64,000 nt of DNA from Rubritalea profundi. Its GTDB lineage: Bacteria > Verrucomicrobiota > Verrucomicrobiia > Verrucomicrobiales > Akkermansiaceae. Made by a program: the position numbers and the translations under genes. A model generated the notes under the pieces. The model saw only the letters and a program-made list of their open reading frames with translations, searched no databases and was not told the DNA's origin. Each line of letters begins with the position of its first letter. Within the stretch, counting starts at the first letter, position 1. The stretch is taken from contig NZ_MQWA01000001.1 of NCBI RefSeq assembly GCF_002954445.1, positions 1,988,733-2,052,732 on the forward strand, in the 5' to 3' direction. Positions 11,146 through 19,744 of this stretch are shown piece by piece.

Positions 11146-11318
11146 GGATAAATACCTTAAGTGAGTTCTAGTTTTACCAAGCCCCTCGATCTGCTCCAGT
11201 AATGCCGCCACCATTGAGCGACTGATGGGTATGTTGTGGGTGATGATTTCCGTACAAATGATCCTAGGTGGGGCAGCTTCTTTATGGGGATGGACTACTA
11301 CAGATTAGGCATTGACTG

Positions 11319-11978
11319 GTGAGGACAAGTCTCGACATCGTGGGGAATCTGACGCATGAATGGTTCTCGGGAGTTAGTCCCGAACGCGCCATGTCAGACA
11401 GTCAGCAATACATTTACCCCGTTTTTGAGCAACAGAAAGCAGACCTTCTGCTTCACCTCCTAGAGAAAAATAGCGATTGGGAGCAGGTGCTGGTATTCCT
11501 CCGCACTCGGGAAAGTGTGCATGGACTTGCGAGTGAACTCAACAAGGAGGGAATTCATACAGAGTCGCTGCACGGCAAGCAAAAGCAAGAGGTGAAGGAT
11601 CGCTCACTTGCTAGTTTCAAAGATGGGAAGTGCAGAGTTCTCGTAGTGACGGATGCTGTCGCTAGAGCTATCGACTGGACTGGTACGCCTGTAGTGATCA
11701 ACTATGATTACCCAGAGCTTGAGGAAGACTATCTCACTAGGCTCGATACAGTTTCCGTAATGTATACTTTACTCACGCCTCAAAACAAGAACTCCCTAGA
11801 GCAACTAGAGGCTAAGTTAGAGACATCCATAGATGCGTTAGTCGCTGAGGGATTTGAGTACGACACTATTGAGCTGAAGGAACGTGTGAAGCGTAATAAG
11901 ACGCCGAAGAAGGGACCTCGCTCCAAGCCGCTTCAGCACAAAAAGAAGAAGTGGAAGCCGAAGAAGTACACGCGCTAA
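11319..11978 (+). CDS. DEAD-box helicase C-terminal-domain-only protein with a lysine-rich tail (probable truncated, inactive remnant)
   Basis: Residues 30-130 align with the DEAD-box helicase_C domain (VLVFLRTRESVHGLASELNKEGIHTESLHGKQKQEVKDRSLASFKDGKCRVLVVTDAVARAIDWTGTPVVINYDYP). The whole DEAD/Walker N-domain is absent. Motif VI (HRIGRTGRAG) is deleted and replaced by EDYLTRLD. The C-terminus is KKGPRSKPLQHKKKKWKPKKYTR. Confidence 0.5.
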   Translation: MRTSLDIVGNLTHEWFSGVSPERAMSDSQQYIYPVFEQQKADLLLHLLEKNSDWEQVLVFLRTRESVHGLASELNKEGIHTESLHGKQKQEVKDRSLASFKDGKCRVLVVTDAVARAIDWTGTPVVINYDYPELEEDYLTRLDTVSVMYTLLTPQNKNSLEQLEAKLETSIDALVAEGFEYDTIELKERVKRNKTPKKGPRSKPLQHKKKKWKPKKYTR

Positions 11979-12056
11979 GGTGTGCTATTTTTTTAGCACA
12001 TCAGTAGTTTTTTCTTGAGTTTGTTGTGCTGCTGTCGATGCTGTGAGTCGCAGATC

Positions 12057-13142
12057 ATGGAGAGTAAAAAGAAGGTAGTAATAGCATGCGGAGGGACAGG
12101 AGGGCATCTCTTTCCTGGAGTGGCAGTGGCGCAAGAAATGAAGCGCCGCGGGCACACCGTGCGGTTGCTTATTTCTGAGAAAAAAGTAGATGCTCAAGCA
12201 TCTGCAAAATACGGTGATCTAGAATTTGATACGGTTCCAGCAATTGCTAAACCAGCAACGCTCTCGCTCAAGATGCTTCCTTTTCTGTGGAAGTTGCTGA
12301 AGACGACGGCTAAGTGTAAGGGATTGCTGAGGAAGTTTGAAGCGGATGCTGTGATCGGCATGGGTGGGTTCACCTCACTACCACCCGTGATGGCTGGCAA
12401 AAAGTTAGGAGCGAAGACCTTTGTTCACGACTCCAATGCCTTGCCTGGTAAAGCAAACCGACTCACCGCAAAATGGTGTGATAAGGTGTTGTTAGGGGTA
12501 GAGGAAGCTCGCCCCTATTTTCCTGAATCTGCAATCGAGATCACAGGCACGCCTGTGCGTGAGGAATTATACAGCCTTCCTGCACGTGAAGCAGCCGCTG
12601 AGAAGCTTGGCCTGGATCCCACTTTAAAGACTGTGTTAGTGATGGGTGGTAGTCAGGGAGCTAAACAACTAAACAGCCTAGTAGTGCAAGCCTCAAAGGC
12701 GATGCCAGATATTCAGTTCATCCACATCACGGGTAATTTTGATCACGATCGAGTCAAAGCTGAGATGGGGGAGCATTGCCCGAACCACAAGCTTATCGCT
12801 TTTTGCGATGACATGCCGAGCATTTACGCTGTCACAGATTTGGCAATAATGCGATCTGGAGCTTCGAGCTTGAGCGAAATTTCCTACTTAGGTTTAGCCT
12901 CGATTTTGGTGCCGTATCCGTACGCCGCGGGTGACCACCAGACGAAAAATGCCGAAGTCTTTGCTGCCGCCAATGCGGCGGTGCTCAGGCAGGAGTCAGA
13001 CTTGGATGCCGGGATGTTAGTGGCAGATGTCACTCACATATTCGCGAAGTCAGAAAATTTAGAAAAAATGAGTGCTGCGTCAGCGGCACTTGGAGTGAAA
13101 GACGCGGCGACTCGTGTCTGTACTGTGATTGAGAGTTTGTAA
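12057..13142 (+). CDS. murG: Undecaprenyl-PP-MurNAc-pentapeptide GlcNAc transferase MurG
   Basis: The G-loop VVIACGGTGGHLFPGVAVAQEM and a C-terminal UDP-GlcNAc-binding region are present. The start was chosen at the internal ATG 12057 (MESKKKVV); the ORF track opens at 12015. Confidence 0.9.
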   Translation: MESKKKVVIACGGTGGHLFPGVAVAQEMKRRGHTVRLLISEKKVDAQASAKYGDLEFDTVPAIAKPATLSLKMLPFLWKLLKTTAKCKGLLRKFEADAVIGMGGFTSLPPVMAGKKLGAKTFVHDSNALPGKANRLTAKWCDKVLLGVEEARPYFPESAIEITGTPVREELYSLPAREAAAEKLGLDPTLKTVLVMGGSQGAKQLNSLVVQASKAMPDIQFIHITGNFDHDRVKAEMGEHCPNHKLIAFCDDMPSIYAVTDLAIMRSGASSLSEISYLGLASILVPYPYAAGDHQTKNAEVFAAANAAVLRQESDLDAGMLVADVTHIFAKSENLEKMSAASAALGVKDAATRVCTVIESL

Positions 13143-15439
13143 TGAAGGATTTTAGTGAGAGATTGATGCAGCCGGACGTTCCAATGCGCGTTCACCTTAT
13201 TGGTGTTGCGGGTTCAGGTATGAGCGGCCTAGCTTCTCTTCTGTTAGGCATGGGCCATAATGTGAGCGGCTGTGATCGCGTCACCAGCGCGGAGACCGAG
13301 CGTCTACAGCGCGCTGGATTAGCATTTTCGAGCCCGCACAATGCACACTCTGTCGCTGATGCTGATGTAGTGGTGTATTCCTCTGCGATTCGTGATGAGA
13401 ATGTGGCTTTGGCCGCAGCGCGCGAGTCCGGCATCCCGACGGTTCGCCGCGCCGAATGCCTCGCTGCCATTTTGGCGACCAAGGACGGAATCGTCATTTC
13501 AGGGACGCATGGAAAGACCACAACGTCTGCAATGAGTGCGCATGTGTTACGCCGTGGTGCGGTGCATCCATCTCATTATGTGGGAGCTGAAATCCCAGTT
13601 TTAGGAGCCAATGCGCACTGGGACGAACGAGGTGAGCTAATGGTAGCTGAAGGAGATGAGAGCGATGGTACGCTGGCGCTCTATCAGCCAAAGCACGCCG
13701 TGGTTCTCAATGTGGAAGAAGAGCACCTCGATTTCTATAGTGGGATTAATCACATCAAGCAGGTCTTCACTACCTTGTTAGACCGAACTTCAGGATGCGT
13801 GATTTATTGCGGTGAATGTCCCGTTGCTACAGAGCTCTGCGGATCCCGAGAAAATTCGATTTCCTATGGCTGGAGCGATGCCGACTACGTGGCAGAAAAC
13901 ATTAAAGAACAGGGAGGAACTATCGCATTTGATGTGATTCACCAAGGTGAAAATCTTGGACGTGTTGAGCTAGGTGTTCCTGGCCGGCACAATGCACTCA
14001 ATGCTCTAGCATCGATAGCTCTGGCTGCTGTCTGTGGGGTTTCATTTAACGACGCCTCACGGGCGCTGGCTACTTTTGCCGGTGCTCGCCGTAGATTTGA
14101 AACAAAGTATCTCAGCTCGCGCTTGAGAGTAATCGATGACTACGGTCACCACCCCACTGAACTCGCGGCGACATTGCAGACAGCTCGTTCGCTCAATCCC
14201 AAACGGATAGTTGTTCTATTTCAACCACACCGCTTCAGCCGCACTCAGAAGTTGGCGGATGATTTCGGTAGAGTCCTGCAGGCTGCCGATCGGGTCTTCG
14301 TGACTGACGTTTACCCGGCATCTGAATTACCGATTGATGGAGTCAGTGGTCAAACTATTGTCGACGCCATGAAGGCGCATGGAAATATACAGGCTGAGGT
14401 TGTGGGATCGGTCCAGCAAGCACACTACGCTGTGGGCAATGCTCTAAAAGAAGGGGATATGCTGATCACTCTAGGTGCCGGAAATGTGCACGAAGCTGGC
14501 ACCAAAATCTCGCGTGATCAGGTGGTCTTAGAGGACATTCTCGGCGAGTGTGGCGAAGGGAACGCTAAAGTCCATTTGTACGAGCTGATGCGTAAGCACA
14601 CCACGATGTTGGTCGGTGGTCCTGCCCAATTTTGGGTAGAACCTTTGACGCATAACTGTTTTGCGAGAGTTGTAAGGTATTGCCGTGAGCGTGGGATTCC
14701 AGTTCGAGTTCTCGGACGTGGATCTAACTTGTTAGTCCGTGATGGCGGTATCCGAGGCGTAGTCATTCATCCATCGAAAGGTGTCTTTGGTGAGGTTGTA
14801 GTCGAAGGTGATACTATTATTGCTGGAGCTGGTGTGCGTTTTAAAAAGCTCGCGAGTGTGGCTCAGAAGGCTGGTCTGACTGGCTTTGAGTGGATGGAAG
14901 GAATCCCAGGGAATGTCGGTGGCGGACTTCGCATGAATGCTGGAGCAATGGGGACTGAGACCTTTGATCAAGTAGTGGAGGTGACATTCCTCGACGAAGA
15001 TGGTGAGATTCGGACCCGTAACCGTGACGAGATCAAAGCATTTTATCGGAATGTGCCCGAGCTTCGTCGTAGCTTTGCCTTGAGTGCGCGCTTCATAGGC
15101 TCGGCCTCTAACCATGGAACCATCCAGCAAAAGATGGAAACCTCGATGGGGAAGCGTCGTAGTTCGCAGCCGCTTGCCGCCAGTGCTGGATGTATTTTCA
15201 AGAATCCTGAGCTGATGCCGGCTGGTATGTTAGTCGACACATTGGGCTTCAAGGACTCGAGCGTTGGCAAGGCGAGGGTCTCGCTCGAACATGGGAACTT
15301 TATTGTGAATGATGGAAAGGCATCCGCGCAGGATGTGCTCGGCCTGATTGACCAAATCCGCACAAAGGCGAAACAAGAGAAGAGCGTTGAGCTGGAGACA
15401 GAAGTGCAAATCATCGGTGAAGATACTTTCCTTTTTTAA
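13142..15439 (+). CDS. murC: Bifunctional UDP-N-acetylmuramate--L-alanine ligase (MurC) / UDP-N-acetylenolpyruvoylglucosamine reductase (MurB) fusion
   Basis: 765 aa. The N-terminal ~460 aa is MurC (HLIGVAGSGMSGLA, ISGTHGKTTTSAM, DDYGHHPTE). The C-terminal ~300 aa is MurB (FAD-binding LVGGPAQFWVEP..., GIPGNVGGGLRMNAGAMGTE, KNPE). The start overlaps the murG stop by 1 nt. Confidence 0.85.
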   Translation: MKDFSERLMQPDVPMRVHLIGVAGSGMSGLASLLLGMGHNVSGCDRVTSAETERLQRAGLAFSSPHNAHSVADADVVVYSSAIRDENVALAAARESGIPTVRRAECLAAILATKDGIVISGTHGKTTTSAMSAHVLRRGAVHPSHYVGAEIPVLGANAHWDERGELMVAEGDESDGTLALYQPKHAVVLNVEEEHLDFYSGINHIKQVFTTLLDRTSGCVIYCGECPVATELCGSRENSISYGWSDADYVAENIKEQGGTIAFDVIHQGENLGRVELGVPGRHNALNALASIALAAVCGVSFNDASRALATFAGARRRFETKYLSSRLRVIDDYGHHPTELAATLQTARSLNPKRIVVLFQPHRFSRTQKLADDFGRVLQAADRVFVTDVYPASELPIDGVSGQTIVDAMKAHGNIQAEVVGSVQQAHYAVGNALKEGDMLITLGAGNVHEAGTKISRDQVVLEDILGECGEGNAKVHLYELMRKHTTMLVGGPAQFWVEPLTHNCFARVVRYCRERGIPVRVLGRGSNLLVRDGGIRGVVIHPSKGVFGEVVVEGDTIIAGAGVRFKKLASVAQKAGLTGFEWMEGIPGNVGGGLRMNAGAMGTETFDQVVEVTFLDEDGEIRTRNRDEIKAFYRNVPELRRSFALSARFIGSASNHGTIQQKMETSMGKRRSSQPLAASAGCIFKNPELMPAGMLVDTLGFKDSSVGKARVSLEHGNFIVNDGKASAQDVLGLIDQIRTKAKQEKSVELETEVQIIGEDTFLF

Positions 15440-15450
15440 TATTTAGAACA

Positions 15451-16374
15451 ATGAACAAAGAGATCAAAATAGCAGTAGCCATGGGTGGTCCAGGCTCTGA
15501 ACGCGATGTTTCTATGGCAACAGGAAAGGCTGTGCTTCAAGCCTTGATTGACGAAGGCTGTGATGCGGTGGCTCTTGAAATCAGCACCCATGAAATCGTG
15601 GTGCCCTCGGGCGTGGGACTTGTTTTCAACACGATTCATGGAACCTTCGGTGAGGATGGAACATTGCAAAGCCAACTCGAAAAGCAAGGAGTTGCCTACA
15701 CGGGTGCCGGCTCTGCTTCTAGTTTGTTAGCTTTTGATAAGGTGGCGAGTAAGCATCGTTTCATTGAAAAGAACGTGCCAACGCCGACCTCCGAAACTGT
15801 CGATTGCAGTGCTGGTGTGCAAATGCCTAAAATGCCATTACCTTACGTAGTGAAACCCCCTCGTGAGGGATCCAGCGTTGGAGTACACATCGTTCAGAAG
15901 GAGGCGGATGCTCGCGCTGCGATCGAAGATGCGGCTAAGTATGGTGACGAGGTGCTGGTCGAACAATTTGTCGAGGGCAAGGAACTCACTGTGGGTGTGC
16001 TAGAGGATGAGGTTTTCCCTATTGTGCATATTGCTCCACGCAGTGGATTCTATGATATGTCTAACAAGTATCCGTGGATGACTGGTGAAGGTGGGACTGA
16101 TTATTATTGTCCCGCTGAGCTGGATGCTGAAACTACGCAAAAGGTAAAAGGTGCAGCTTTAGCGGCGCATCGCGCTTTGGGAGTTGAAGTCTACTCCCGA
16201 GTTGATGTACTATTGGACGCCGATGGGAATCCTTATGTGTTAGAAGCTAACACTATACCGGGAATGACTGCGAGTAGTCTGCTGCCAAAAGCAGCGAAAG
16301 AGGCTGGCTATTCGTTCGGTAAACTTTGTTTAAAGATCGCAGAAATTTCGCTGCAGACCCCAAGAAATGTTTAG
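15451..16374 (+). CDS. ddl: D-alanine--D-alanine ligase
   Basis: 307 aa. Contains IAVAMGGPGSERDVSMATG, an ATP-grasp region (YVVKPPREGSSVGVHIV) and the C-terminal YLLEANTIPGMT. Confidence 0.9.
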   Translation: MNKEIKIAVAMGGPGSERDVSMATGKAVLQALIDEGCDAVALEISTHEIVVPSGVGLVFNTIHGTFGEDGTLQSQLEKQGVAYTGAGSASSLLAFDKVASKHRFIEKNVPTPTSETVDCSAGVQMPKMPLPYVVKPPREGSSVGVHIVQKEADARAAIEDAAKYGDEVLVEQFVEGKELTVGVLEDEVFPIVHIAPRSGFYDMSNKYPWMTGEGGTDYYCPAELDAETTQKVKGAALAAHRALGVEVYSRVDVLLDADGNPYVLEANTIPGMTASSLLPKAAKEAGYSFGKLCLKIAEISLQTPRNV

Positions 16375-17293
16375 AAAGAAACAGACGAATACGCGCTACG
16401 TGCGCCAACGCTCTGACCGCATGCTTCACTTGCAGGTCAGCTCTCCGCGTATCGTTTTCTTTCAATCACGCAAGGCTGTTTGGGGTGTCTTTAAGATCGT
16501 TATTGTTCTAGCTGCGCTGGGTGCTGCGGGCATCTATGGAACTCGCTATGTGCAGAACCATTTTCTCACTAGCCCAGAGTTCGCCCTCCGCCACCTAGAA
16601 CTCAAGACGAATGGCTTTCTTAACGAAAGTGAAGTCGCCCAAATTGCGCAAATCGATCCAAATGGAACTATTTTTTCTTTTGATATTGATCTTGCCGAAG
16701 CTCGGCTGATTGCTCGGCCAGAAGTCGTGACTGCCGTTGTAGAGCGCCGCCTCCCCGACACCGTGAAAATAACGCTCACCGAGCGTGTGCCTGTCGCATG
16801 GATTGCCTGCCCGAAACTCGGTATGGCTGGGAGGAATCCGCTCTCTGGAATGTTGATGGATGCGGATGGTGTGATCTTTACCTGCCAAGGTAGTCTTTGG
16901 GATGTGGCACGGAATTTACCAGTCATTGATATTGGTGTGGCTGAAGCACACGAATTTCCACTAGGAGAAAAGATGACGAATAAGAATGCCGCCCGAGCAT
17001 TGTCTCTGATCACCCTTGTTGATGATGTGGTCAAAGGTGAGTGGACGGTGAAGCGAGTGGCAGTAGCAAATTTTTATAAGTTGGTCATCACTAGCAATGA
17101 CGGTGTAGAGGCGACTTTTGGAATGTATGAGCATCGGCGTCAGCTCAATGATCTCATCGCGGCGCGCAATCACGCCAAAGAAACTGGTAGGGAATTAGAG
17201 TGGATCAACCTCTTGCCCAAACATAATATTCCAGGAAATTTTAAAGAACCCTCAGCTCAGGCGAATGATGGGTTAACAAGTGTGAACGACTAA
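16367..17293 (+). CDS. ftsQ: Cell division protein FtsQ (POTRA domain)
   Basis: 308 aa. A single N-terminal TM helix (IVIVLAALGAAGIYG) followed by POTRA-like and FtsQ-type domains. Position between ddl and ftsA as in dcw clusters. Confidence 0.75.
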   Translation: MFRKKQTNTRYVRQRSDRMLHLQVSSPRIVFFQSRKAVWGVFKIVIVLAALGAAGIYGTRYVQNHFLTSPEFALRHLELKTNGFLNESEVAQIAQIDPNGTIFSFDIDLAEARLIARPEVVTAVVERRLPDTVKITLTERVPVAWIACPKLGMAGRNPLSGMLMDADGVIFTCQGSLWDVARNLPVIDIGVAEAHEFPLGEKMTNKNAARALSLITLVDDVVKGEWTVKRVAVANFYKLVITSNDGVEATFGMYEHRRQLNDLIAARNHAKETGRELEWINLLPKHNIPGNFKEPSAQANDGLTSVND

Positions 17294-17312
17294 TCGAGTG
17301 GTAGGTACCTAG

Positions 17313-18521
17313 ATGGCTAAATCAAAGATATACGTGGGCCTAGAGATAGGCACCAGCAAGACATGCATGGTGGTGGGGGAAGTGAAGGCTGATAGTTCAG
17401 TCAAGATTCTTGGGGTGGGTGAAACGAAGTCTGTTGGCGTCCGTAAGGGGGAAATTGCCGATATCGCGAACGTCCGCACCTGTGTGCGCGAAGCTTTGTT
17501 AGAAGCTGAAGATGTGTGCGATGTCGATATCCGCAGTGTCTTTCTGTCGGTCACCGGCTCTCACATTTCAGGTGTGAATAATCGCGGAACCTTCCGACTT
17601 CCTGATGATGATCAAGAAATCACTACTGAGCACGTCGAGGAGTCCAAGGAGATCGCCAGAGATATCGCAATCCCATCAGATAACGTCTACCTCCACAACA
17701 TAGTACGCCAATACTGGATCGACGGCAACGAGCAGGCGAGCAACCCAGTTGGCTTGTTAGGTCGCACGCTGGAAGCTGATTTCCATATTGTACACGGGGT
17801 CAAGACTAGGATTCAAAACAGCATCAAGTGTACCCGTGAAATTCCTCTCGATGTCGATGATATCGTTTTCGCTCCTATTGCCTCAGCACAGATAGCACTA
17901 AATCGTCAGGATAAAGAAGCGGGAGCTTTGGTGATCGATATTGGCGGCGGCACGACGGATTACGTGCTTTACTTGGATGGTGCAGTGGCGGCCTCTGGTT
18001 GTATCCCAGTGGGTGGTGATCATGTCACCAATGACATTCACTTGGTGACTCAGATGCCACTTTCCAAAGCTGAAAAGGTAAAATGCACCGAAGGCGACGC
18101 CTCTGGTGACCCCGCCCGCTCGGTAGGCACAGTCACTATCCCAGACGATAAAGGTTTCCCAGAATTAGAGATCAAGCGGCAGTTACTCAACGACATCATC
18201 CGTGGTCGGCTCGAAGAGACTCTGCAGTTGGTGAGGCAAAAACTTCCCGATGGTGCTCTAGAAAAAGTGGGAACTGGAGTGTTCCTTACTGGCGGATCTA
18301 GCTTGATGCGCGGTTTTGGTGAGCTCGCAAATGATGTTTTCCATCTGCCTATCTACCGCCCAGAGCAACCAGAAGTGAGTGGTATCCATGAGTACTTCCG
18401 CGATCCACAATATTCCACAGTGGTAGGACTCATACGCTACGCTCAACTGATGGACGAAGATAGCCCGAAGGAGAAATCAGGAGTTTTCGGTAAATTAGCC
18501 AAAGCCGTCTGGCCATTTTAG
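17313..18521 (+). CDS. ftsA: Cell division protein FtsA
   Basis: 402 aa. Actin-fold motifs YVGLEIGTSKTCMVVGE and LVIDIGGGTTDYVLY, plus a C-terminal amphipathic tail. Confidence 0.9.
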   Translation: MAKSKIYVGLEIGTSKTCMVVGEVKADSSVKILGVGETKSVGVRKGEIADIANVRTCVREALLEAEDVCDVDIRSVFLSVTGSHISGVNNRGTFRLPDDDQEITTEHVEESKEIARDIAIPSDNVYLHNIVRQYWIDGNEQASNPVGLLGRTLEADFHIVHGVKTRIQNSIKCTREIPLDVDDIVFAPIASAQIALNRQDKEAGALVIDIGGGTTDYVLYLDGAVAASGCIPVGGDHVTNDIHLVTQMPLSKAEKVKCTEGDASGDPARSVGTVTIPDDKGFPELEIKRQLLNDIIRGRLEETLQLVRQKLPDGALEKVGTGVFLTGGSSLMRGFGELANDVFHLPIYRPEQPEVSGIHEYFRDPQYSTVVGLIRYAQLMDEDSPKEKSGVFGKLAKAVWPF

Positions 18522-18789
18522 ATAGTTGTTTTTTGCAACCACACTATTACTTAGTGCTAAGCTCGATAGTGGCCACCACTGTTCGAGCCACTTTTTCCCA
18601 ACTAACATTGGAAACATCCGATACAGCAGAATTGCGCATCTGAGTGTTGCGCACATGATCTAGAGCTTCGATGGAGCGATCCAAGAAACACTGATGATCA
18701 CCAAAAGGGTAAGCGGTCAGTACGAGGCCCTCTCTAAACTCTTTCTCGCTGCACCGTTCTAGGCGTAGGTGTGATAAGTATGACACTTA

Positions 18790-19300
18790 CCACCCTTATC
18801 GATAAAAACACCTCACTCACTCCGATCAAAACTGACGATGCTGGGAGATTGCGGCTCAGCGCCGATCACAAAATAGCTTTGCTCGATTCCTCTCCGGATC
18901 TTGCGAGCTTTCTGCAGCCCGCTGATAGCTCACAGATGAGACCTAGCGACACCTAGGAGTTCACACTGCCTTCTCATGCTAATGTTAAAATTATCAGTTT
19001 CAGTCAACCCGATACGATCCCTCACAGGCCGAGTTGTTTGGGCTTTTTCGTAGGAAATCAATCTCGACATCCTGTTGTCCAACCTTAGCGTGGAGCTGCT
19101 CTCGCTGAGTTGCAAACGCGTCTTCAGTAGATTTCTTTTTGCCTGATTAAAACACGTTGGCAGCTCCTTCGAGCATCTTCTTTTTCCAGTGGGAGACTTG
19201 CACAGGGTGGACTTCAAATTCCTTCGCGATATCCTGAATCGTTTTGATTCCTTTGATGGCTTTTAGAGCGACCCGAGTCTTAAATTCGGGATCCACCTCA
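18790..19300 (-). mobile_element. Degraded IS3-family transposase remnant (OrfA-like HTH fragment, frameshifted, truncated before the OrfB catalytic core)
   Basis: Minus-strand translation gives ...EVDPEFKTRVALKAIKGIKTIQDIAKEFEVHPVQVSHWKKKMLEGAANVF*. It continues in another frame as ...EDAFATQREQLHAKVGQQDVEIDFLRKS... (IS3/IS911 OrfA HTH plus leucine-zipper pattern). The start of OrfB, ...RRQCELLGVARSHL, follows. There is no Met start, several frame breaks and no DDE core. Confidence 0.55.
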
Positions 19301-19744
19301 GAGGTTCTCAACCATCTGAGTATGCAGCTTCACTGCCTCATTTGTTTAATGCTACTCCTGAGCATTTTTTGATGCTGCAAGTTTATCGTGAATCCCTTGA
19401 GCAACCTCCTCGATATTCTCATTCGGTTTCTTTTGTAACTTTATGTGTATAGGCCTGAAAGTTGGGTTTCAGGCTCGCTGGAAGTGGTGCTTTTGGGCTT
19501 TTAAGCTGAAAACATTGGACTGAGGTGGATATGAGTTACAAGGGTAGAGTTAGCCAAATATTGAGAGCTAATTCTTTCTGAGAAGGAGAGTGTAAGTGAT
19601 CTACACTCTGTTACTTAAGTTATATTTCTGGTGATAATTTTTCTAAAATGTATAATTAAGTGAGTTTGGCGTTGCAATTAAGCGAATTATGGAGATTGTC
19701 CGACCTCCCTCCAACTCAAATCACTTTCTCAAAATCAATATCTT

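Noticed and set aside
16546-17034. 162-aa and 97-aa antisense ORFs inside ftsQ
   Set aside because: They overlap a conserved dcw gene and have no independent signals.
18547-18786. 79-aa minus-strand ORF just downstream of ftsA, considered as a possible ftsZ or transposase OrfB piece
   Set aside because: No tubulin/FtsZ GGGTGSG motif and no DDE-core motifs. It may be additional debris of the IS remnant but cannot be assigned.
19330-19744. Searched the long AT-rich region upstream of typA, and the other intergenic gaps, for tRNA or small RNA genes
   Set aside because: No cloverleaf-compatible sequence (no GTTCRANYC T-loop with a matching acceptor stem) was seen. It was interpreted as a promoter / 5' leader region.
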